Notes: generated by a model not told the origin, from the letters alone. Numbered from the stretch's first letter, positions 9,405 through 18,711 are shown. The stretch is DNA of 64,000 bases from Dehalococcoidia bacterium (GCA_965207275.1 CBDBMH010000001.1:553244-617243), one strand, 5' to 3'. Made by a program: numbers and translations.

Positions 9405-11066
9405 CTATGGCCCCTGGCTGCGGGGCGTGGGGCTGTTCTGGGCTGCGGGCGTGGCGTTGGAAGCCGCCGAGTTCACCGCGCCGGCCGCGTTGCTGGCGGC
9501 GCCGGTAGCGGCAGCCGCAGCCGCCACACCCGCCGGTCCTCCGGCGGCGCCGCCCGCGATCAGCCCCAGTGCCCGTCCCGAGCGCACCATGGAACCGGGC
9601 AGGGACATGCCGAAGTAGAGGGTGTGCAGCCAGGCGTCGAAGGTGCCGTGGTTCCCCAGCATCGCGGGGATGCGGCCCGCCAGGTACATGAAGGCGATGG
9701 CCATCAGCAGCATCCACACCAGGTCCTGGGCCGCCTCGCCGCCGGTGATGTCGGCGAACTGGTCCAGGAAGGCGAAGGCCAGGGCCACGGCGATGAGCTG
9801 CACCGCCTGCTGGAACACCGTGGTCATGAACAGCCGCAGCCAGTGGCGTCCCCAGCCCGCCGTGTGGGGCAGAATCCACAGCCCCAGGCCGATGGGCGCC
9901 AGGCACAGCAGGATGTCGATCAGGGCCAGGCGCAGGACCATCTGCACCAGCAGGTAGAGGACGAAGAAGCCGAAGACGATGTAGAGCAACGCGATGAACA
10001 CCGCCAGCCCGGTGTTGGCCGCCTGGACCGCCACCAGCAATGGGTCCAGGGGAGCGCGCAGGAGGTCGCCGGGCGTGACCTCCAGGGAGGCGGCGATGAA
10101 CTGCGATACTGCATGGGCCACGTCGATGACCAGGGCGCACCACCACAGCGACGACGCGGCGGCGGTCAGGCCCAGCACCAATCTGGGCACCATCTCCCGC
10201 CAGCCCGACTGGTGTCTTCCGAGATGTTCTTGGACGATGAAGCTCAGGCCCATCCAGCCCAGGATCACCACCAAAGCCCCGGAGGTCACGGCCCATACCG
10301 CCGTCCACGCCTTCCGGATGAAGGGATGTTCGTAGGTCAGGTTGGGCGGGGTGCCGGTGAGGATGTCTCCCATCAGCCCCCGGGCCTCCCCGTCGCACTC
10401 GGCGATTCCCGCTCCGATGATTCCCTGCACCACCCCGCACAGGGTCCCGTGGGCGCCCTCGACCAGCCACCCGGCGGCGGCCCGGGCCCATCGGTCCGGT
10501 TTCAGCGCGCCCAGCACTTTGTCCCACAACCCCTTGGGCTGGTGGACAGGAATCAATGCGTGGAAGACGTGGCGCTCGCCGCCGCCCTGGCGGGGAACCC
10601 CCAGGACCAGCAGGAAAGCCTGCTCCGGGTCCAGGTCGGGCTGCTGGTCCAGGGCCGGGTACTCGAAGGTGTACTCCCAGCCCTCGGAAAGCTTCTTGCC
10701 GCTCCCCTGGACCCGGTAGGTGTTGGTGATCCACTCGCCGGTGTCCGGGTGGCGGACGGAGTAGTACAGCTCGCTGACCTGGCGGCTGAAGACGGGACGG
10801 GCCACGAAGTCCCCCTCCTTCTTCCGCTCCACCATCTGCCGGTCCTTGTTGACCAGGCTGATGTCGTCGGGGGACTGGGCCAGGGCCACGCCGCTAATGG
10901 GGACAGCAATGATTGCCGTAATCAACAGCGCCACCGCCAACAACACGGCCCGGCGTATCAACCGGAGTTTCCTTTTCTCCGCCAAGTCGTTCACCTCACT
11001 TCGGTCTGGGCGGCGGCGGTTTCGCCAGCGCCGCCGGAGAGTGTGAACGGGCCAGGCCTTCCGCAT
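9405..11066 (-). CDS. VirB6/TrbL-like polytopic membrane protein (up to 553 aa)
   Basis: At least 6 hydrophobic helices and an Ala/Gly/Asn-rich C-terminal tail. First gene of the T4SS operon. The true start may be downstream: a TTG near 10990 follows GAGGTG. Confidence 0.6.
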   Translation of the reverse strand: MRKAWPVHTLRRRWRNRRRPDRSEVNDLAEKRKLRLIRRAVLLAVALLITAIIAVPISGVALAQSPDDISLVNKDRQMVERKKEGDFVARPVFSRQVSELYYSVRHPDTGEWITNTYRVQGSGKKLSEGWEYTFEYPALDQQPDLDPEQAFLLVLGVPRQGGGERHVFHALIPVHQPKGLWDKVLGALKPDRWARAAAGWLVEGAHGTLCGVVQGIIGAGIAECDGEARGLMGDILTGTPPNLTYEHPFIRKAWTAVWAVTSGALVVILGWMGLSFIVQEHLGRHQSGWREMVPRLVLGLTAAASSLWWCALVIDVAHAVSQFIAASLEVTPGDLLRAPLDPLLVAVQAANTGLAVFIALLYIVFGFFVLYLLVQMVLRLALIDILLCLAPIGLGLWILPHTAGWGRHWLRLFMTTVFQQAVQLIAVALAFAFLDQFADITGGEAAQDLVWMLLMAIAFMYLAGRIPAMLGNHGTFDAWLHTLYFGMSLPGSMVRSGRALGLIAGGAAGGPAGVAAAAAATGAASNAAGAVNSAASNATPAAQNSPTPRSQGP

Positions 11067-11380
11067 AACCTCCTGTGGGGGACAGCACGTATGAACGGAC
11101 TTTCAGGGCCTTACGTGGTCGGCCCTCCCCGTGATGTCATTGGGGTGTACAGGGATTTGCGTTTTGTCGTCAGGCGGGAAGGCGGGTCGTGTTGAACGTG
11201 AATCGGGGCGAAACCGGCCCCCTACAGGAGGTCAACGGTTAATGCTTTTCGTAAGTCCCCGTTCCAACGCCGGCGGACACGGTCCGTAGCTGGAGCGTGC
11301 ATTTCTGTCCAGCGGAAACCCGGGGAAGTCGTGCAAGGCCCCAAGGTGAAATGAGCAAATTTGTACGCGGAGGCGGGATC

Positions 11381-12226
11381 ATGGCAGAGGAGCAGCCGGG
11401 CATAGACAAGAGCAGGAGCATCGAGGACCTGCACCATCTGAGGCTGATGGCGCTGTTGGACGAGCAGGTGCGGGACAAGGGGGTGAGGAAGGCGGCGGAG
11501 GACCTGGGGGTGGACCACCGGACATTGGCGTCGAGTCTGGAGTCCGGGCAGCTGACCCGGCGGATGCGGGTGGCCCTGGACCGGGCGTTGCTGGCCGGGG
11601 AGGGGTCTCCGGCCAGGGAACAGAAGGATCGCAACGATCAGCTGGCCGGGCGGCTGGACGGGGTGGAAGAAAAGGTGGAGGAGCAGGGGCGGGAAATGAG
11701 CAAGGGCCTGTCCGCCGTGCAGGGGGAGGTGAAGCAGCTCAGGACGGAGCAGGAGCAATCAACGCGGCGCATTGAGGGACGGCTGGACCGGGTGGAAGGC
11801 GGCGGCGACGGCGCGGCGGCGGGAACGACGGCACAGGACAGCTCCGGCAGGCGTTCACCGCCCAGGTTGCGCCGGGAATTTCCAGACCTGGTGACCGTCG
11901 ACCCCGCCCCTGACGACGCATCGGTCTTCGGCGCCGCCTGGCCGCTGGTCCAGGAATGGCGGGAGCTGAGGAATACCCACCCCAGCCGGGGCAAGGGGCT
12001 GGAGTGGCTGCGGGCGGAAGAACGGATTCTCACGGTGGAGCTGGCCTTGCTGGAGGAACACGGCCTGACCCTGCCCCCGGAGACCTTCCCGTTGAAAGGC
12101 CTGGACCGCAGCGGGCAGGTCAACTGGCGGCGCCGGGCGCTGGACGAAACGGGCCGGGCCCGGAAGCGGCGGGAGTTGCTGCTGCGGCTGGGGCGGGCAC
12201 TGACGCTGGGGCGGTGGCGGCAGTAG
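11381..12226 (+). CDS. Hypothetical protein with a possible N-terminal DNA-binding region and central coiled coil (281 aa)
   Basis: ATG at 11381 preceded by GGAGG. Sequence KGVRKAAEDLGVDHRTLASSLESGQLTRRMR is HTH-like. The E/Q/R-rich segment GRLDGVEEKVEEQGREMSKGLSAVQGEVKQLRTEQEQ looks coiled-coil. Divergent from the T4SS operon. Confidence 0.5.
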   Translation: MAEEQPGIDKSRSIEDLHHLRLMALLDEQVRDKGVRKAAEDLGVDHRTLASSLESGQLTRRMRVALDRALLAGEGSPAREQKDRNDQLAGRLDGVEEKVEEQGREMSKGLSAVQGEVKQLRTEQEQSTRRIEGRLDRVEGGGDGAAAGTTAQDSSGRRSPPRLRREFPDLVTVDPAPDDASVFGAAWPLVQEWRELRNTHPSRGKGLEWLRAEERILTVELALLEEHGLTLPPETFPLKGLDRSGQVNWRRRALDETGRARKRRELLLRLGRALTLGRWRQ

Positions 12227-12243
12227 CTGCGGTGGGCCGGCCT

Positions 12244-12268
12244 GTTAACGTTGTTAATGTTGTTAACG
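12244..12268. repeat. AT-rich triple direct repeat GTTAAC-GTTGTTAAT-GTTGTTAAC
   Basis: Sequence GTTAACGTTGTTAATGTTGTTAACG stands out as an AT-rich patch in GC-rich non-coding DNA. It contains two HpaI-type palindromes (GTTAAC). Confidence 0.7.
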
Positions 12269-12432
12269 ATTTGCCGGTGGGACTCGCAGGGGCTATGCGG
12301 GAGGCTCGGGGAGGGGCGACAATTACACCGTTGTCTGGCTTTTCCAGTGTTTCCCGCCCTAGAAACCTGGGGGTCCATCCCTCAGCCCGGGCTTTGCCGA
12401 GAGGCTGGCCCACGAGGGAACGCTGCCGACGC

Positions 12433-12578
12433 GGGGTGTTCAAGTCCCTCGCAGGCAGCGCGGGCCGGTGGTTGGAGTGTTCAAGTCCTTCTTCCCCGGT
12501 CCGGTCCAGCGGGTTGGAGTGTTTAAGTCCTTCTCCCGTTGGGCAGTCCGGCGGCTGGAGTGTTTAAGTCCTTCTTCC
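12433..12578 (+). repeat. Four tandem 41-42-bp repeats with a conserved ~22-nt core GGAGTGTTYAAGTCCTTCTYCC (iteron-like)
   Basis: Cores start at 12433 (degenerate GGGGTGTTCAAGTCCCTC), 12474, 12516 and 12557, giving spacings of 41, 42 and 41 bp. The intervening ~20 nt are only loosely similar (CAGCGG-like). Confidence 0.8.
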
Positions 12579-13245
12579 GCCGGGCACCGTTCAGCGGTCC
12601 GGGGCTGATCCCTTCGGATTTCTGGACATCCGTCCTCTGGCCGGAGTTGATCGCTCCTGTCTCTGGGCGGCGGGTTCGGAGCGACTGATCCCGCTTCGTT
12701 CTCACCCTGGCTGTGGCGTCCGTGGGTTCGCTCGCGGCGCCCCAGCCGGAATCCCAACCCATCGAAGCGCACCGTGCGTTTCACCAGTGACCTAATTCCA
12801 ACGGCGGTATCCCAACCCAACGGATCATCATCATCGACAAGGAGGTCGCGGACAGAAACAACAGGGCATCCCGGAATCCCCCTGACCATTCGGTCCCAAC
12901 TGCGGAGCGGTTGCACGCTTCGCCCTCTCTTCACCATGCGGCTGGAACGCGGACAGCGCCCCGGCCGCTTCCTCACGCCTGCGGCATGGCTGCTGACTGA
13001 CAGCGGCGGGCCGCAGGTGCCACACGCTCCGGCCGGCCAGCGGCGGCAGGCCGGACGCTTGACGTTTCCACTCCCCTTCCTTCTCGCAGCAGGTCCCCGG
13101 GCCTAACACCCTGGGCGAGCTGCGTCTTTCGCCAACTCCCCACACCGGCGTTTTCCATTGCGGTGTCAGTACCGGGTCGGAGTGCGTCCGGCGCCGGGCG
13201 GCATACCCGTTTACCTACGTCGTTCACAAATTCAAGGAGGTGCGT

Positions 13246-13572
13246 ATGAGCATCACGGATCGGTTCTCCCAACTCAAGACCGTCGCGCTGGCGGTCGTTG
13301 ATTTCGTCAAGCGCCACAAACGGGCGTCCATTGCGGCGGCGGTGGCCCTGGTCATCCTGGGACCGCTGCTGACCGGCTCCGGCGGCGGGGCTTTCTTTCT
13401 CAACCTCATTGGCCTGGGCATCGCCGCCCTGGTGGTGCGGCGGATCATGCGGGCCAACGACCGCCACCGGGCGGCCCAGGCGCGGCAGGCCAATTGCCGG
13501 TGCCATTTCCACCGGCAGCAGCACACTCAGCAACAGACGGCGAATCAGCAACAACAAGGAGGCACCCCATGA
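13246..13572 (+). CDS. Small membrane protein with a Gln-rich tail (108 aa)
   Basis: AAGGAGG sits 6 nt before the ATG at 13246. Two TM helices (RASIAAAVALVILGPLL, FFLNLIGLGIAALVV). The stop overlaps the next start. Confidence 0.5.
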   Translation: MSITDRFSQLKTVALAVVDFVKRHKRASIAAAVALVILGPLLTGSGGGAFFLNLIGLGIAALVVRRIMRANDRHRAAQARQANCRCHFHRQQHTQQQTANQQQQGGTP

Positions 13573-14033
13573 CGACGATTACCCTGGAATCCCCATCTTC
13601 TACCGGCCGGTTGGAGGAACTGGTTGACCGGTTGCTGGCGGCCCTGTTCCTGCCGGAACCTGAGCGGGAGACCCCGGCATCCAACCCGGTCAGGATGGTC
13701 CACGAAGCCCGGCGGCTCAGGCAGTCGGGCGATCTGGACGGGGCGCTGGCGATGCTGGCAGACGTTGACACGGCCAACGCTTCGGAACTCCAACTCCGTT
13801 GGCTCTACGGCGAGTGGCTGGACATCGCCCGGCGCCGGTTCGCCGGAGACAACGCGGCGCTCTACAGCCCCGCCACCGGCAAAGCGGCGGTCCTGGTTCC
13901 CACGGGCGACGCCGCCGCCACCCTGCTAACGGCTGCCGTCCTGGGGATGCGCTGGCCTGTCGGCAAGACCGTTTCCCGCCGCAGCCTGCGGGGGCTGAAA
14001 CCGCTGGCGAAGGGAGGCGCGTCATGGTCGTAG
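13569..14033 (+). CDS. Hypothetical protein (154 aa)
   Basis: AAGGAGG precedes the ATG at 13569. Overlaps the previous stop and the following primase start. I recognise no motif. Confidence 0.5.
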   Translation: MTTITLESPSSTGRLEELVDRLLAALFLPEPERETPASNPVRMVHEARRLRQSGDLDGALAMLADVDTANASELQLRWLYGEWLDIARRRFAGDNAALYSPATGKAAVLVPTGDAAATLLTAAVLGMRWPVGKTVSRRSLRGLKPLAKGGASWS

Positions 14034-15085
14034 CCAACGCCACCGTTGACATCGCGGAACTCAAGGCCCGCAACCTCCTGGGCGACGTTGTGGAGGCCGC
14101 CGGGGTCGCCCTGCGGGGCAGGGGCCGGGTCAGGCAGGGCGTCTGCCCTTTTCATAAGGAAGGTGAGGGCAGCTTTACGGTGTACGGAGATAGTGAGAGG
14201 TTCTACTGCTTCGGCTGCGGCGCCGGTGGGGACGTGCTGGACTTCGTGCAGCGGACGGAGGGACTGACCCTGCCGGAGGCCATCCGGCGACTGGATGACG
14301 GCTCGGCGTCTGCGGCTACAGCGCCGTCCAACCGGGCTGCTCCAGGGCAACGTCCCACGGTTCCCCCGACTGTTCTGCCGCCCAGGGACCCGGCGCTGCT
14401 GACGGCGGCAGCGCGGTTCTACTCCGCGCAACTGCGGGGCAGCGCGACGGCCAGGGACTACCTGGCGTCGCGGGGCATCGGGTTGAACGCCGCCCAACGG
14501 CTGGGTCTGGGGTACGCAACGGGCCACGGCCTGCGGCCTTTCCTCGACTCCGCCGGGTTCGACAACGGGCGGCTCAGGGACAGCGGGCTGTTCCTGGAAC
14601 GGGGCCGGGAGCGGTTCGCCGGAATGATCACCGTTCCCGACGTTGCCAAAGGCAGGGTCCGGTGGCTCACCGGACGGGCGGTGCGGGCTGATGCCAAGCC
14701 CCGCTTCCAGGCGCTGCCGGGTCCCAAGCCGGTGCTCGGCCTGGCCGCCCTCGGTCCGGCGCCGTCCTGGGCAATTGTCACCGAAGGCGTCTTCGACTAC
14801 CTGACGCTGGCGGGCTGGGGATACCCCGCCTGCGCCGCCCTGGGCACCCAGGGCATGGACAAGGTGGCGGCGGCGCTGCGAGGCTGCCCCAGAGTGTTCC
14901 TGGCCTTCGACAACGACGATACGGGCCGGGAAGCCGCCGATGGTCTGAAGGAACTTCTGGGGCGCCGCGCCGCCGTGGTCCACCTGCCACAGGGCGTCTC
15001 CGACGTGGGCGAACTGGCGGCGCTGCCCCACGGCCAACTCCTCTTCCAACGCCTGCTGGCGCTGGCCGCCCGCAACGCCCGCTAG
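14024..15085 (+). CDS. DNA primase, CHC2 zinc finger + Toprim (DnaG-like, 353 aa)
   Basis: CHC2 finger CPFHKEGEGSFTVYGDSERFYCFGCGAGGDVLDF. Toprim residues IVTEGVFDYLTL and FLAFDNDDTGREAA. The longer ORF from 13799 is judged a GC-driven extension. Confidence 0.85.
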   Translation: MVVANATVDIAELKARNLLGDVVEAAGVALRGRGRVRQGVCPFHKEGEGSFTVYGDSERFYCFGCGAGGDVLDFVQRTEGLTLPEAIRRLDDGSASAATAPSNRAAPGQRPTVPPTVLPPRDPALLTAAARFYSAQLRGSATARDYLASRGIGLNAAQRLGLGYATGHGLRPFLDSAGFDNGRLRDSGLFLERGRERFAGMITVPDVAKGRVRWLTGRAVRADAKPRFQALPGPKPVLGLAALGPAPSWAIVTEGVFDYLTLAGWGYPACAALGTQGMDKVAAALRGCPRVFLAFDNDDTGREAADGLKELLGRRAAVVHLPQGVSDVGELAALPHGQLLFQRLLALAARNAR

Positions 15086-15111
15086 TCCTTCCCCCCGACC
15101 CTTCCCCTACC

Positions 15112-15143
15112 GGCCCGCCCTCCCCGGCGGGCCTTTCCTTTTA
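15112..15143 (+). terminator. Intrinsic terminator-like hairpin after the primase gene
   Basis: GGCCCGCC/GGCGGGCC 8-bp stem followed by TTTCCTTTT. Confidence 0.5.
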
Positions 15144-15274
15144 CACCCCTCAACCCATTTCTCCTGGGCCACCTCTGCCCATTTTCCCACGGGGCATTGC
15201 CCCGCCCACGGCTCTGCCTCCGGGCAGGCCGCGTTTCCGGCACACCCACAACAGAACCAATAAGGAGCAACGTC

Positions 15275-16153
15275 ATGTCCAACGAGAACGGCAACGGCAA
15301 CCACCACAGGAACGGGACCAGCCCTAACGGTAACAGCCCCAACGGGCAGGTTCACGAGACCCGCAACGGCAACTCCAACGGCCACCAGAACGGTAACGGC
15401 CACATCCCCAGCAACGGCGCCGCCAAGAACGGCAACGGGCACCACGGCGCCGACGCCATCCCCGCCCACGACCTCCTGTGGGACAGCCTCCCCGCCACGG
15501 TCACCGACAAGCTGGGCCAGCCCCTGGACGCCAGCCTGGTCTCCCAGCGCCGGGGCCGGGGCAACCGCAGCTTCTCCTATGTCGAGGGGCGCACCGTCAT
15601 CGACCAGGCCAACCGCATCTTCGGGTTTGGCGGCTGGGGCCACGAGGTCGTCGGCGACGTGCTGCTGCGGGACCTGGACCAGTTGAACACCCAGACCGGC
15701 GAGGTCCGGCGCATCCGGGCCTACTCCGCCACGGTGAAGGTCACCGTCCCCGGCGCTCCGCCCCGCACCGACGTGGGCTTCCAGCCGGTGGCCGAGGAGA
15801 CCGCCGAGGGCCACGAGACGGCGTTCAAGGGGGCGGTGACGGACGCGCTGAAGCGGGCGTTCCGCACCTTCGGCGCCCAATTCGGCAACGCCCTCTACGG
15901 CGACGTGGCTGGCCAGCCGGGCGGCGGCGCCGGGGACACCCTGGCCCCGGCCCTGCGCAAGACGCTGCTGGACCTGGGCGTCAGCCAGGGCTTCGACGAG
16001 GAGCGTGTCCGGCAGGCGGTGCGGGGCCAGACGGGCAAGGACCTGGACGAGCTGCCCGCCTCGGAGCTGACTCCGCTGGTGGAGCGGGCCGCCCGCAAGG
16101 TCCAGCAGCGGCAGGACGCCGAGGCCCAGGCTGCTGACAACGGCGAGCAGTAG
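15275..16153 (+). CDS. Rad52/Rad22-family single-strand annealing protein with an Asn/Gly/His-rich N-terminal tail (292 aa)
   Basis: Core motif RGNRSFSYVEGRTVIDQANRIFGFGGWGHEV...AYSATVKV...GHETAFKGAVTDALKRAFRTFG. TAAGGAG SD. The N-terminal ~60 aa are NGNGNHH-type low complexity. Confidence 0.8.
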   Translation: MSNENGNGNHHRNGTSPNGNSPNGQVHETRNGNSNGHQNGNGHIPSNGAAKNGNGHHGADAIPAHDLLWDSLPATVTDKLGQPLDASLVSQRRGRGNRSFSYVEGRTVIDQANRIFGFGGWGHEVVGDVLLRDLDQLNTQTGEVRRIRAYSATVKVTVPGAPPRTDVGFQPVAEETAEGHETAFKGAVTDALKRAFRTFGAQFGNALYGDVAGQPGGGAGDTLAPALRKTLLDLGVSQGFDEERVRQAVRGQTGKDLDELPASELTPLVERAARKVQQRQDAEAQAADNGEQ

Positions 16154-16184
16154 GCCGCGCCACCGAACCACCAACCCAGGCAAC

Positions 16185-16225
16185 GGGGCCGTCCTGCGGG
16201 GCGGCCCCGATTCTCATTTACCGGA
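16185..16225 (+). terminator. Hairpin plus T-rich tract after the annealase gene
   Basis: GGGGCCG/CGGCCCC stem followed by GATTCTCATTTACCGGA. Confidence 0.5.
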
Positions 16226-16251
16226 CCTCACACAACTGAGGAGGAAACGAC

Positions 16252-16569
16252 ATGACCGGAACCAGGATGCACACCCCCTGGGGCTATCCCCAGGACATAG
16301 AGGAGTTGGCCGAGGGCATCTGGCGGGTCTCCACCGCCGGCCACGGCGGGCTGAAGCTGAGCCGGGAGCGGTGGGAGGAACTCCCCGACGTGGTGCGGGA
16401 CACGTTCCTGACGCCGACCTTCGCGGAAGAGGACTGCGAGGAACCCATCGCCCGGACGCTCTTGGGCATCGGCGACGGGCGGGAGCGTGAGTTCGCCCTC
16501 AAGGTGGCGAACTGCTTTGACCGCTACGCCCCGGCGCTGTCCTACCTTGAAAAAGCGGGAGGTGGGTGA
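16252..16569 (+). CDS. Hypothetical protein (105 aa)
   Basis: GAGGAGG SD. Motif STAGHGGLKLS. I cannot assign a confident family. Confidence 0.55.
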   Translation: MTGTRMHTPWGYPQDIEELAEGIWRVSTAGHGGLKLSRERWEELPDVVRDTFLTPTFAEEDCEEPIARTLLGIGDGREREFALKVANCFDRYAPALSYLEKAGGG

Positions 16570-16970
16570 TGGCGGCCACGACGACCCGCCCCAGGCCCCG
16601 CAGCCTGCCCAGCGTGACGACCAAGCTGGCGACGGAGCTGGGCAACCTCTACGTCACCGTCTGCCTGGACGATGACGGCCAGCCCTTCGAGGTATTCGGC
16701 TCTCTCGGAAAAGCGGGCAGCCTCCAGCACGGGGTCACCGAGCTGGCCTGCCGCCTGGTGTCGCTGCACCTGCGCCGGGGGACACCCGTCGAGGAGATCG
16801 TGGACCAGTGCCAGGGCATCAGCGAGATGCAGCCCTGGCCCAACGTGATGGAGGACGGCAGCACGGTGTACGTCCGTGGATTGGGCGACGCCATCGCGTT
16901 GATTCTGCGGGGGCATCTGGAAGTCCAGGAGGACATGCAGGAACCCGACCTCAAGCTGGCCGCCGACTGA
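16569..16970 (+). CDS. TSCPD-domain protein (about 133 aa)
   Basis: TGATG stop/start overlap. The pattern LGNLYVTVCLDDDGQPFEVFGSLGKAGSLQHGVTELACRLVSLHLRRGTPVEEIVDQCQGI matches the TSCPD domain found at the C-terminus of class II ribonucleotide reductases. Confidence 0.7.
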   Translation: MAATTTRPRPRSLPSVTTKLATELGNLYVTVCLDDDGQPFEVFGSLGKAGSLQHGVTELACRLVSLHLRRGTPVEEIVDQCQGISEMQPWPNVMEDGSTVYVRGLGDAIALILRGHLEVQEDMQEPDLKLAAD

Positions 16971-16996
16971 CTAGCAACTCCTGACCGACAGGCGCA

Positions 16997-17043
16997 CGGG
17001 GCCGTCTCTCTTCGGAGGGCGGCCCCGCTGTTCATCTACCGGA
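16997..17043 (+). terminator. Hairpin plus T-rich tract after the TSCPD gene
   Basis: CGGGGCCG/CGGCCCCG stem followed by CTGTTCATCTACCGGA. Confidence 0.45.
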
Positions 17044-17071
17044 TACCGACTACATCGAGAGGAGACAGGAT

Positions 17072-18127
17072 ATGACGACCACCTTTGACAGCAAGACCGA
17101 CGCGTACTCCCGGCCCAACGCCCGCTTCGGCGACGACGGGACGCTGGCGATCCGGGCCTCGGCGGTGGGGAACTGCCGCCGCGCCCTGTGGTACGAGGCC
17201 ACCGGCCGCAAGGTCACCAACCCCCGCAGCGACGACTCCCTGACCATGCTGGACGCGGGCAACGCCCTGGAGCCGGTGGTGCTGCGGGCCATGCAGCGCT
17301 CCGGCTGGGACATCACCCCCACCGACCGGGACAACCCCCGGATGGTCTCCCTGCGCCTGGGCCCGACGCTGTTGGTCAGCGGCCACGTGGACGCCGCCGG
17401 CGTCGCCCCCATCTTCGGCATCGAACCCAGCATCGTCGAGGTCAAGACCCGGGGGCCGGAAGCCTACAAGAAGTGGCGGGTGATGGGCGCCGAGCGCAGC
17501 CACCCGGAGTCGGTGTGGCAGGCCGCCTTCTACACCTTCGCCGCCTTCGAGGAAGCCCGGGACGTGGTGATCGCCACCCTAGACACCGGCAACCGGGTTT
17601 GGGACTACGAGGTGATACCGGCCCGGCGGGTGGAGCGGGCCTTCGACCAAGCCTGCTCCCGTCTGGGCGAGCTGGCGGCCCACCACCTGGTCAACGGGCC
17701 GGACCCCTATGCCCTGCCGGAGCGGGACTTCACCGCCGAGGACTGGCAGTGCCGGCGCTGCCCCTTCCTCAACGCCTGCCTGCCCGGAACGGCGGCGGTG
17801 GAACCGGGGGATGAACCCGCCGTTGACGCCGAGCTGGTCAGCGACGAAGAGGCTCAAGCCGCCTTGCTGGAGTACGAGCAGGCCCAGGAGATGCTGAAGG
17901 CCATCGAAGAGGACAAGGCTTGGGCGCTGGGGATGCTGCGGACCTGGCTCACCCAGCAGGGCAGGGACAAGGCCAGGCTGGAGGGGCGGGAGAAGACCCG
18001 CACCGTGGGGAAGGTGAAAAGCACCCGCTACAACGTGAACCACAAGCGGCTGAACTCGCTGCTGGACCCGGAGACCAGGGCCACCATCGTTACCGAGAAC
18101 GTTTCCGAGTACGTCAGGGTCAGCTAG
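17072..18127 (+). CDS. PD-(D/E)XK exonuclease with Cas4/AddB-type Cys cluster (351 aa)
   Basis: N-terminal Cys (GNCRRALWY). Catalytic GHVDAAG...SIVEVKT. QxxxY motif (WQAAFYT). C-terminal CRRCPFLNAC. Likely partner of the adjacent annealase. Confidence 0.8.
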   Translation: MTTTFDSKTDAYSRPNARFGDDGTLAIRASAVGNCRRALWYEATGRKVTNPRSDDSLTMLDAGNALEPVVLRAMQRSGWDITPTDRDNPRMVSLRLGPTLLVSGHVDAAGVAPIFGIEPSIVEVKTRGPEAYKKWRVMGAERSHPESVWQAAFYTFAAFEEARDVVIATLDTGNRVWDYEVIPARRVERAFDQACSRLGELAAHHLVNGPDPYALPERDFTAEDWQCRRCPFLNACLPGTAAVEPGDEPAVDAELVSDEEAQAALLEYEQAQEMLKAIEEDKAWALGMLRTWLTQQGRDKARLEGREKTRTVGKVKSTRYNVNHKRLNSLLDPETRATIVTENVSEYVRVS

Positions 18128-18235
18128 GGATACTACGACGCTCCGTAGAGTCGGGGCGCGCACGGGGCAGCTTTCTCATACCGGATGAAGCCCTGCTACG
18201 GCAACCAAGACTCATAAATTAACGGAGGAACGGTC

Positions 18236-18667
18236 ATGGCGAAGACCATCAACAAGGTGGAACTCCTGGGGCGGGTCGGAAGCGATCCGGAGATGAAGTA
18301 CACGGCGTCGGGCGTCGCTGTTACCCAGCTCCGCCTGGCCACCGACCGGGTTCGCAAGGGCGGCGAGGCCGAGACCGAATGGCACCAGGTTGTGGTGTGG
18401 GACAAGTTGGCGGAAGCGGTTGCCAACTACGTCGAAAAGGGGCAACGGCTGTACGTCTCGGGCCGCCTGGCGCAGAACTCCTGGACCGGAGACGACGGCC
18501 AGCGGCGCTACCGCACCGAGATTCACGCCCAGGACGTGGTGTTCCTGGACTCCGCCCGCAACGGCAACAACGGCGGCAATGGCAGCAACGGCCACCACGC
18601 CGACGCCGGCAACGGGGTCCACACCGGCGCCTACCACCAGCCCGGCGACGAGGACTCCCCCTTCTAG
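18236..18667 (+). CDS. ssb: Single-stranded DNA-binding protein (143 aa)
   Basis: OB-fold signature INKVELLGRVGSDPEMKYTASGVAVTQLRLAT...WHQVVVWDKLAE...YVSGRL. Gly/Asn-rich linker and acidic tail DEDSPF. Confidence 0.9.
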   Translation: MAKTINKVELLGRVGSDPEMKYTASGVAVTQLRLATDRVRKGGEAETEWHQVVVWDKLAEAVANYVEKGQRLYVSGRLAQNSWTGDDGQRRYRTEIHAQDVVFLDSARNGNNGGNGSNGHHADAGNGVHTGAYHQPGDEDSPF

Positions 18668-18711
18668 CCCGACTACCAACCGCCTACGCCCATTCCAAGG
18701 CGCAACACGGA

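Noticed and set aside
12385-12470. tRNA or tmRNA 3' domain (GCCGAGAGGCTGGCC D-arm-like string, GTTCAAGTCC T-loop-like string, CGCTGCC/GGCAGCG hairpin)
   Set aside because: I could not fold a cloverleaf. The T-stem has mismatches, there is no complementary 5' acceptor strand, and there is no CCA or discriminator context. At best it is a decayed fragment. tRNAscan-SE or ARAGORN would settle it.
12433-12578. Possible mini-CRISPR array (regularly spaced direct repeats)
   Set aside because: The conserved core is only ~22 nt. The spacers are ~19-20 nt and partly similar to each other. There are only four copies, no leader and no cas genes in the window. An iteron or att-scar interpretation fits better.
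12440-13557. Minus-strand ORFs 12440..12976 and 12973..13557 in the central non-coding region
   Set aside because: They have no SD and an Arg/Pro-rich composition. They overlap the repeat array and the better-supported plus-strand small genes. I treat the region as regulatory or origin DNA.
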